A stretch of 41,745 bases of DNA, from NCBI GenBank assembly GCA_013115125.1, contig JABANN010000296.1, positions 1-41,745 of the forward strand. The letters are read 5' to 3'. A program made the translations under genes and the position numbers. The notes below the pieces were generated by a model. The model searched no databases. It was not told the DNA's origin and worked only from the letters and a program-made list of their open reading frames with translations. Positions 33,226 through 41,745 of the stretch are shown one piece after another. Numbering within the stretch: position 1 is the stretch's first letter; each line of letters starts with the position of its first letter. The stretch comes from Perkinsus olseni (taxonomy: Eukaryota).

Positions 33226-34524
33226 ATGCTTCCCAAGGGAGAACTCCAAGGTCCGAAGTCGTCCGGGGTGGAGATGAGTAGAGCGTCTGATGTGTTCATC
33301 TATCCTTGATGTGGGTTGCTTGTGACAGGTGGTCCTATGATGGGTGGGAACAGTGAGCCGAGCACTGAGAGTGGCGGTTATGCGCCCAACTGTGGTGTCG
33401 AAGTTGAGCCAAGTAATCGTGCGTGGGGATCCGAGAGGCGTAGACGAGAGACTGCGAGAATGGCGGAGATCTACAAACGCTGTAATACGATATCACACAG
33501 CCAAAACGAGTCTGCATATGACTGAGTGCCTCCTGACAGATAAGGCCGGGACGATGAGTATTGGCTGGGACAGGCCCCCGATCGGGACCTACAACTGTTT
33601 GATATCTCCTCGTGGGCCCACTCTGATTACCGCCGGCAGCCACTTCAGAGTCAGCGGTAGCGTCTCTGATTTTTTCGTTATTCTCTCTGCCTTAGATGGT
33701 TATCTGTGAGGCTCCTGCTAGGGATAATGCCCACTCCCTCGCCCTCTACCTCAAGAAGCGTTTTGGCGTTACGGAACTTGTACGATCCAGCCGGGAGGCT
33801 CATCCTGTTGATGTTGTCACGGTTGTAGGTGAGAGTGTCGAGTGATAACGATGCTCGATACCCTCGAGAGGCTTTCGAGCATCTTGGAATTGGTGTGCAC
33901 GACTTGGTGAGTCCGCAGTGTCGCCTTAAGTGGGCATTCTGCTGCTTCAGCCCTTCGCTGACGGGTGTGCCCCACCGGACTCGGTAGTGGAGGCCTTCCT
34001 GGAGATCCTAGACACGTCCCTCTACCGCCGGTCCAAGAAGCGGAGTGAAGGAGACGCCTCGCCCCCGCCCTGTGTCGCCATTCACTGCATCTCCGGTCTC
34101 GGAAGGTCCCCAGCCATGGTCGCGCTCGGGCTTATCGAACGGGAGAAGATGGAGCCCTCGGAAGCGGTACGTTGTCGTTGACTCGGGACTGTTGGGGTCG
34201 AGGCTGGCCGACCCCTGTGAGGGCCGTCTTCCGTCAGGTTCGTCTGGTCCGTAAACTGCGTAGTTCGAGATGCCTGACGAAGGAGCAGTCCACGTTCCTG
34301 CTCAACTACGTGCCGAGGTACGCTTATCCGTTTGGTGTACTTTAGCATACCCTGTTTGTGCAAGGCACAGGAGGAAAAACCGAATTCTCGGGTGTCTGTG
34401 CTCGCCGTTCCGCAGGAGACCTGCCAGGAAGCGAGGTATCGAGGGAAGCTCTGAGATCGTCCTTAGCCGAGCGGAGAGTTACTCCACTGCAAGCCCAGAT
34501 ATATGTGACAGCTCGAGGAAATGA
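33226..34524 (+). CDS. PRL/PTP4A-like protein tyrosine phosphatase (start uncertain)
   Basis: PTLITAGSHFR|MVICEAP..FGVTEL|VRVSS..GIGVHDL|PFADGCAPP..CVAIHCISGLGRSPAMVALGLIE..VRKLRSSRCLTKEQSTFLLNY; stop at 34522-34524. Confidence 0.88.
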
Positions 34525-35170
34525 TCGCTCCACACTCGAGGCCCGTGTGAAGAGTTTTGTTAGTGCTGCTGCCGTGACGATTTGTTGTTTGAGTATAGCT
34601 GGGAGAGTGCTACGAGTTGTATACGACGAGAGCCTTGCGTGATAGTAGTGGTGAAGCAGTAGATTATTACGTGCATTACATTTACCATTCATGAGCGCTG
34701 CTGTTAGAGGGCGTTAACTACCGATGCACAGTCCTCAGTGGAGATGGCGCGTTATCGTGTGTGCCAGACATGTGTGCGGTATGACTGCTCTCTAGAGGAT
34801 AACTGCAGACGAGCGTCCTGTTCACCATAAACAGTAGAGCCGAGTCGCCGTTCAGCGACGGCCCTTCCCATCGTCCAACCTCGACGTGCAGAGAAGATCC
34901 CCCTTACGGGCAGCGATAAAGTTCCCTCACTGATCGACTTTGAGGTTGCCCTTCAGAGTTGATCAGTTGACTACTAAATTTAGATTGAACCTAGTATGCC
35001 GAGATTTGTTTGACTGCAACACCTCCCCACTTTCATACTTTCGTACTATGATAAATTTCACTCCCACTGCCAATTACTTGCGGCCGCTGTTTGCCGCCCT
35101 TCTCCACTCGTTCAACTCGTCGCAACCTTTAAGCCAACACCGACTAGTCTAGTAGTGTTGATGGTAGGAC

Positions 35171-36362
35171 CTAGAGCTTCAACACAGCCCTCGAAACCGC
35201 AGAAGCAAGTTTCCACTTCTCCACGAGAGGTAAGAAGTAAACCCGCGAGTCGGTCAGGTCGAACTTCACAGTGTATGCTCGGAAGATAGGGTGCCCGAGG
35301 GTGGCAATTCCAGTTCCCTGGGGGTGAATGTCTATAACGCAAGTACCCGACCGACAGGAGTGGACGTAGTGCTCGGGCTTTATTCGAATATCCACCATAT
35401 GAGGGGCCTCTCCAATATCGAACGCTAGTGTGGGTAAGTAGGGTACCGCCTCTTCCTTCACCATATTGAAGCCTGTAAGAGGATTACTCCATATCGGTTT
35501 ATCGATCGCGAGCATTTTCCTGGAGATAGCATCCTTAGTGACCCTTATTATGCGGTCGAAATCGGAAGGAGGCAGAACAATCGACGAGTCTCCGGTATCC
35601 ACGATAGCGGATTCAGGGGCATGCCGCCTGAGGGTATCACCAGTCACATTTCGCTGCCTCGAGAGATCTCCGTGATAGTTGAGGATCCTCAGCGGCCACA
35701 TTGGGATAGTTATCTCCTTGCCGAAGAACGCGAGATCTCCGCTGAAGGAGACGTATGACGCGGCGTTTCGGTGTGAGTCGCCCAAAGATAGTGTTCCCGA
35801 GATGTAGGCATCACCCCCGTTGTCTGCTTGGATGGAATATGATAGTTTTGAGATGACGTTCTTTCTTCGTAACTCCTCCAAGAAGGTCGGAAGTCCATCT
35901 TCGCGGCCCATGGATAAACCTAGGTAGGCACATAACGGGAAGTTGATATCAAGAGTCTTAGTATATCCCAGCACCAATCCGAGCCGGAGCCCTTGTATGG
36001 TCTTGTTACCCACACTCAGCGTCAGACTGTGCATCACATAACGGGAAACCTCGCCGCTCCCAAATCGAACTCTGATTATCTCTCTCCTCATAATATCCTC
36101 GCACGGGTTATGTTTAGGACAGAAGTAGCAACCCGTCTTGAGAGTGCTGCAGCTTCCCACACCGTATACTCCCTCGTACCACGGACCGTAAATGGCAAAA
36201 CTCGCGGCGCTACCGGAGTCTGCAGCGAAGTTTAGGGTCTGGTTGTCGAGTGTCAAGGGGAACACGTGATTGTCGACGCGGTAGGGTGATCGGCTCCCCC
36301 TGGAGGAATCCGAAAAATACACCTAAGTGTGCTGTGAGAATGCGGATAGGGTTTGTGACCAT
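35171..36362 (-). pseudogene. Pepsin-like (A1) aspartyl protease copy 1; +1 frameshift after signal peptide
   Basis: DSG and DTG motifs, LGHPIFRAYTVKFD. The ATG at 36362 (MVTNPIRILTAHLGVFFGFLQGEPITLP) is one nt out of frame with the mature ORF, judged against the paralogs. Confidence 0.75.
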
Positions 36363-37247
36363 GCCACTATGAAACACGAACACCTGCCAGAAGAAATGAA
36401 TGCCCGATTGCTAGCCTCCTGAGATAGAAGACTTCTCGAATCCACGGAAATGAACATCCCTCGAGGAAGAGGAGCGCAGAGCCCGTCGAGCGTGCGCGCG
36501 CCCGTGTGGATGCAGCACTCCTGAGAGAGCACCGCATGATGATGAAACATAGATAGCTCTCCGGAAGATGCTCGGGCTCTTTACAGCACGGGTAAGCAAA
36601 TAGCTATCTATATATAGTAGTAGAAGGTCCGATTTCGGGGCTGATCAGTAGTACTTTAAGTACAGTATATGTGAACAACTCTTCTACAGTTCTCAACCTG
36701 TCGATTGATATAGCGGACCATATTCACATTTGCTTCAAAACGGAGGACATCAATACGGGTGTGTGTGAGTTTAAAGTCCAACGCCTACGACAGTTCGGCT
36801 TAGTTAGACTAACACCACCGACGTACCCTTCTGAGGGGATTAGTTCGAGTACGACCGACGCGTGTCAATACGGCTCTCACATCGGATCACCCGAGAGTCT
36901 GATATGTCCGCCAGAATTCCGTGAGTCAGTGAGAAGGGGCAGCCGACTGCCAACCGTGGTTGAGATACACCGCAGCTGGGAAAGACATCAGTCGGTTGGA
37001 AGAGTAGACCGATACAGGCTGACACCAACGGTTACTGCTTAACCCAACCAGTTAGTCGACAAACCCTGTTCACTCGGGAGGGTTTATAGGCTCCCTTACG
37101 CGGCTGCACTCCTCTTTGGAGATACGGGCAATATTATCGAGTCTCTCTTACCGCTGAACTAGAACGCAATCCTCCAACACAAATCATTATCACTTCGTTC
37201 ATGGTACCAGCATTATCTGAATGCGAATACAGCCCGCCTCGAGACAT

Positions 37248-38468
37248 TCAATTCTGTTTCTTCCCCGACGCGACCGGGTTGGCATTGGCTAGCCTGAGCA
37301 GTCTCGGGGCTGCCGAAGGATGCGACGTTTGCTTCTGCAGTGAGAGGTAGATTATGGATTCTTCCAGATCGAACTTCACGCTGCACGCCCGGAAGAAGGG
37401 GTGCCCCAGCTTCAATCCTTCACTCCTTTGAGGTTTAATATCAAGAACGCATCTGCGAGAGTCGCATGAGTGGATATAGTGCTCGGGCTTTATTCGAATA
37501 TCCACCATATGAGGGGCCTCTCCAATATCGAACGCTAGGGTGGGCAAGTAGGGTACCGCCTCCTCCTTCACCATATTGAAGCCGGTTGCGGGATCCCGCC
37601 ATACGATCTCATCAGCCACGATCATGCCTCTGGGCATTGCCTTCTGAATAGCTCCTCTGATCCTATCGAAATCAGTGGCTGGCAGAGTGAGCGATAAGGC
37701 ACCCGTGTCTACAATGGCAGGTTCGGGGGCATGCCGTCTGATAGCGTCGCCAGTCTCACCATGTTGCTTCGACAAATCCCCGAGAAAATCCAAGAGCCTC
37801 AGCGGCCACAACGGAATAGTTATCTTCCTATTGAGGGCGTCCCGCTCCCTCCCAAAGGGTACGTATTGGTCTCCACTAGTGTCCGAGCTGCCCAATTCCA
37901 GAGTCCCTGAGATTCTACGTCCTCTCCCGTTGGCTCGGATCGAATACGATAGCTTGGAGATAATCTTCTTCCTCTTCAGCTGCTCCAAAAAAGTCTCAGG
38001 GATGCCCTTGCGGCCGATAGAGAGTCCGAGGTTACCGACTATCCTGTACTTTATCCCAGCAGTGTTACCATATCCAACGACCAGAGGGAAATTGAACTCT
38101 GATGTGGTCATGTTCCCAAGAGCGAGCGTCACTTTATGCCTCACGTACTCGTAGGACTCGCCACTCCCGAAACGCACCTGCCGTCTGCGCCTCAAGAGGA
38201 TATCCTCGCACGGGTTATGTTCGGGACAGAAGTAGCATCCCGTGGTGAGGTTTCTGCAGCTTCCAAATCCGTACAATCCCTCGTACCACGGACCGTAAAT
38301 GGCGAAACTTGCGGCACAACCGGAGTCAACGATCAAGTTTACGGTCTGGTTATCGAGGGCTAGGGGAACGCGCGACTTTGTCAGTGGCAGGGTGATCGGC
38401 TCTCCCCGGAGTAATACGAGGAGTACGCCAATGTGAGCAGTATGAGTGAGCTTCCGCACCATGAGCAT
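37248..38468 (-). CDS. Pepsin-like (A1) aspartyl protease copy 2, intact
   Basis: Signal peptide, NLIVDSG, AIVDTG, LGHPFFRA..VKFD; uninterrupted ORF. Confidence 0.92.
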   Translation of the reverse strand: MLMVRKLTHTAHIGVLLVLLRGEPITLPLTKSRVPLALDNQTVNLIVDSGCAASFAIYGPWYEGLYGFGSCRNLTTGCYFCPEHNPCEDILLRRRRQVRFGSGESYEYVRHKVTLALGNMTTSEFNFPLVVGYGNTAGIKYRIVGNLGLSIGRKGIPETFLEQLKRKKIISKLSYSIRANGRGRRISGTLELGSSDTSGDQYVPFGRERDALNRKITIPLWPLRLLDFLGDLSKQHGETGDAIRRHAPEPAIVDTGALSLTLPATDFDRIRGAIQKAMPRGMIVADEIVWRDPATGFNMVKEEAVPYLPTLAFDIGEAPHMVDIRIKPEHYIHSCDSRRCVLDIKPQRSEGLKLGHPFFRACSVKFDLEESIIYLSLQKQTSHPSAAPRLLRLANANPVASGKKQN

Positions 38469-39175
38469 GACCTTTTCTGAGAGACGAAAACTCAAACACC
38501 TGTTGACGGGAGTATTCGTCTATGCGGCAGCACTCGCAGAGAGCTCAGCTATGATGAGCTCGATACCGCAACGATATCAATACCCTGTTCACATTATCCA
38601 AGCCAGAGCCTCTGTCCAGCAGTAGTTGGCGCCCCGGAATCGAGCGTGCCGGAAATGATAGATCGCTCGGAGACAGGTCACGCCAGGCCTCAAGAGTGCG
38701 CCCGTGTAGAGACACGGGCTCAGCCTTGCTGTCTCGAGGACAGTACCGTACATCTATCGACACTAGGATCACTACTGTCAGTCACGCATGCAGTTCCCTC
38801 GCAGAGCCAGACAAGCATAATGTTCTCCGGTTGGATTTACTATTGCACGGTAGGGGCCTTATGGGTATTAGCTACTATTTGGGATTGTGTTAGCAGACCT
38901 GTAGGTGGTCGAGCAATGAGGGTAGCGCTCGAACCCTTTTAGGGATGCAACTCATGACGCTCCTGAGCAAACTATGCCGCTGTGGCGATTCATCACCGCG
39001 AGGCGAATGAAACCATAGGCTTGGGCAATGAACGGGAAACGTTTAGTTTCTCGTGACACTTGGGCGTGCTGTCCCAGAGCTCAGTGCGGCCCGGCTCTCT
39101 AATTTGCCGGACGTGAACGCAAGCCCGTGCAAATGACGTTACAACATTGACACTAGACTCAGCTGCGGCGTATGA

Positions 39176-40987
39176 CTAAAGTTTGCGTCCCCATATTCCC
39201 CTCAATGGACTTCTCGATGCACCAAGCTTGGACCTGGTGATCCTAGCAGGCCGTGAGGCCGCATCATCACGATCCGCGCTCCCTTCGTGCGGTGAAATGT
39301 AAATCCTATAATTCTCCAAATCAAACTTCACGTCGTATGCCCGGAAGAAAGGATGGCCGATGGTAACAGTCCCGTTTCCTTGACTGTAGATGTCTAGGAC
39401 GCAATAGCCCGACCGACAGGAGTGGGTATAGTGCTCGGGCTTTATCCGAATATCCACCATATGGGGGGCCTCTCCAATGTCGAATGCTAGTGTGGGTAAG
39501 TAGGGTACCGCTTCCTCCTTCACCATATTGATGAATTTTATAGGATCCAATCGTATGGGCTCATAAGTTTTGGTTCCTCGTCTGTGCATTGAAGTTTTGT
39601 TTGAGATGAAGGATCTTCACAGAAGAGCGTTCAGCAGGGTAAAATGCGCACTGAGCCGACGCAGCAGGCACCGAGGGCGGGGCGGGGTAGCGCGCGCCCG
39701 GTTGATCTATAGCGTTGACGCTAGTGGGGTGTTCCAGCACTCCCCTTTAGGTGGAGTGTCTTGCTTCCTTTGGATCGTGAGTTGCGATTGTTGTTAGGTT
39801 TCTTTGAGTTTTATGCACTCTCTCTTTTAAGAAACCCAGCCCGCTCCACCCGGGTTGGTCTCACGATACCCTTGTGTGGTGTGCCGCCTTGCGCGCTGCC
39901 CATGGCCGTAGGTCGTGTACAGCGAAGTGCGTCCACGGCCGGTTCTCCGGAGGCGTGGCGCAGTTGGCGGCCTGATTGAGGCGATCTGGCGATCGCGTCA
40001 CGATGCGCTGTCTCGTGGCGCCGGGCGTGTTGCTCGGGCCGCGTGCTTAGCTGCAGCGAATTCGTGACTCGCGTCGCGTGGTATCGCTCCGACCTCCGAT
40101 CACTCTCCCACGGTTTTGCCGATCGAGGCGGGCGAAGGTCCGCGCGTTTTAACTGATCTTATAATTCTATCGGAATCAGAAGAGGATATACAAAGTGACG
40201 AGGTCCCTGTATCCACGAGGGAAGGCACGGGAGCATGCTGAGGGCCAGCACGAGAGATAGTATCACCGGTCCAGCTGCGCAGTGCCAACAGATTCCCATG
40301 ATAGTGTAAGAGCCTGAGCGGCCATAGTGGGACGGCTATCTTCCTAACGAAGTACTTTGGGTCCCTGGTAAACGATACGTATGGACCGCTCCTCGTTTGT
40401 GAGGCGCCCAAAATCAGAGTTCCCGAGATGTAGCGTCCATAGCCTTTCGCTTTAATCCAATATGAGAGTTCGGAGATGGCACCCCTCTCCTTAAGCTGCT
40501 CCAAGAAGGTTTCACGTAGGCCTCTGCGACTGATGGAGAGTCCCAAATTTCCAAATATCTTATGCGCAGCACCATATGTCTTATTGTATCCAACGGCCAG
40601 CCCGAACTCGAAATCTAACTGGGTTTTGGTTCTCCCAAGACCGAGCGTTACTCTATGTCGCACATACTCGAAGGCCTCGCTACTCCCGAAGCGCACTCTT
40701 CTTCTGCGCCTTGAGAAGATATCTTCGCACGGGTTATGTTTAGGACAGAAGTAGCATCCCGTGGTGAGTTTCCTGCAGCTTCCCACACCGTATACTCCCT
40801 CGTACCACGGACCGTAAATGGCAAAACTCGCGACACTACCGGAGTCTGCAGCGAAGTTTAGGGTCTGGTTGTCGAGTGTCAAGGGGACGTATGAGTTCGT
40901 GAGCGGAAGTACAATCGGCTCCCCATGGACCGAGGCAACGAGCAGACCCACATGAGCTGCGGCAGAGAAGATGCTTATCACGAACAT
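39176..40987 (-). pseudogene. Pepsin-like (A1) aspartyl protease copy 3, interrupted by an insertion
   Basis: N part (DSG, DTG) at 40987-40146 and C part at 39593-39176 join in frame (DRIIRSVKTSMHRRG...NMVKEEAVPYL) when 39599-40150 is removed. Confidence 0.88.
39599..40145. mobile_element. 547-bp non-coding insertion flanked by a GTTTT target-site duplication
   Basis: GTTTT at 39594-39598 and 40146-40150. Absent from both paralogs; CpG-rich; no GT-AG ends. Confidence 0.85.
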
Positions 40988-41599
40988 TCACTGCGCAGAA
41001 CAAACATCTGTGGCTGAAAGTACCGGGCAACATGTTAACCTCTCGAAGTAACCTCACAACTCTAATATCAACAGCGGATGTCGCATCGATCTCATCCAAT
41101 ATTCTTATTCAAAATCTTCTCAGAGGGAATTCAACGAGGAAAGTTCCATCTTCCGAGCCTTTCAAGATTGAACTTCCGACAAATGCCCGGTAATGAAACA
41201 CCGCTCGAGCGCATGGCCATGTCTCGTCGATACTGCGCGCGCCCATGGAGCATCGTTCTATGTGTCAGAAGGAGCACAAGGTGGTAGTTCACGAACCAAG
41301 CCCCGCCTCGGAACCTCCAACCAGTCTCAGCTTCAACCTTATAGGACCGTTCAGTTCTAAACGCAGCGTTCAAAAGTCCCTGGGTCGACTGAGTATTCGA
41401 TCGTGGTTTGAGGGCCACCAGCATGTGTATCGACGATGGTCATATCACTCTGGAAATCCACTCATGGGAAATTGAAACAAAGCGAACAGCTCGGTTGTAC
41501 AGCCCTCTACAAATTCTCAGCATATCCAGTTTTTCGACTCATACTCGCTCATACCTGAGCGAGTACAATGCTACCACTCTACACCATTTCCGGACCTAC

Positions 41600-41745
41600 T
41601 TAGTAAAACCCCAGAGCAATTTAATAAAGCCCAGAGCAAATTAGCAAAACCCCAAAGCAATTTGATAAAGCCCAGACCAAATTAGTATAACCCCAAAGCA
41701 ATTTGATTTTATGAAAGACCAATTTAGTAGAGCCCCTAAAAAACC
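41600..41745 (+). repeat. AT-rich satellite, alternating 21- and 20-bp units (41-bp higher-order period), runs off the window end
   Basis: TTAGTAAAACCCCAGAGCAAT / TTAATAAAGCCCAGAGCAAA / TTAGCAAAACCCCAAAGCAAT / TTGATAAAGCCCAGACCAAA / TTAGTATAACCCCAAAGCAAT, then degenerate units. Confidence 0.9.

Noticed and set aside
39599-40145. Insert as a spliceosomal intron of protease 3
   Set aside because: No GT/GC..AG boundaries in any register of the 5-bp duplication; the paralogs are intronless there.
41700-41745. True telomere
   Set aside because: Only one CCCTAAA and no perfect array; orientation is opposite to that expected for a right-hand end.

Overview
Eukaryotic, gene-dense (~50-55% GC) DNA with many short GT-AG introns and genes in same-strand blocks. 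Gene content and style point to a perkinsid alveolate such as Perkinsus (inference, not verified). The six-frame ORF track is misleading here because most genes are spliced, so gene models were assembled by eye and outer boundaries are approximate. Left to right: possible secreted protein; Thr/Cys mucin-like protein with a 30-bp VNTR; homoserine dehydrogenase; Trf4/PAPD5-like non-canonical poly(A) polymerase; DNA polymerase zeta (REV3); an intronless PPR-repeat + Cid1/TUT-type nucleotidyltransferase fusion; a stand-alone ProRS-type anticodon-binding-domain protein; MGRN1/LOG2-like RING ligase; a hypothetical; two glutaredoxins; two paralogous small triple-GRF-motif proteins flanking a frameshifted amino-acid transporter; a single-domain EF-hand cation channel; an atypical PRL phosphatase; three tandem aspartyl proteases (one frameshifted, one intact, one split by a 547-bp insertion with a 5-bp target duplication); and a 21+20-bp satellite at the right end. 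The best candidate for undescribed biology is the PPR-nucleotidyltransferase fusion (a possible self-targeting organellar RNA-tailing enzyme) and its RNA-binding neighbours.
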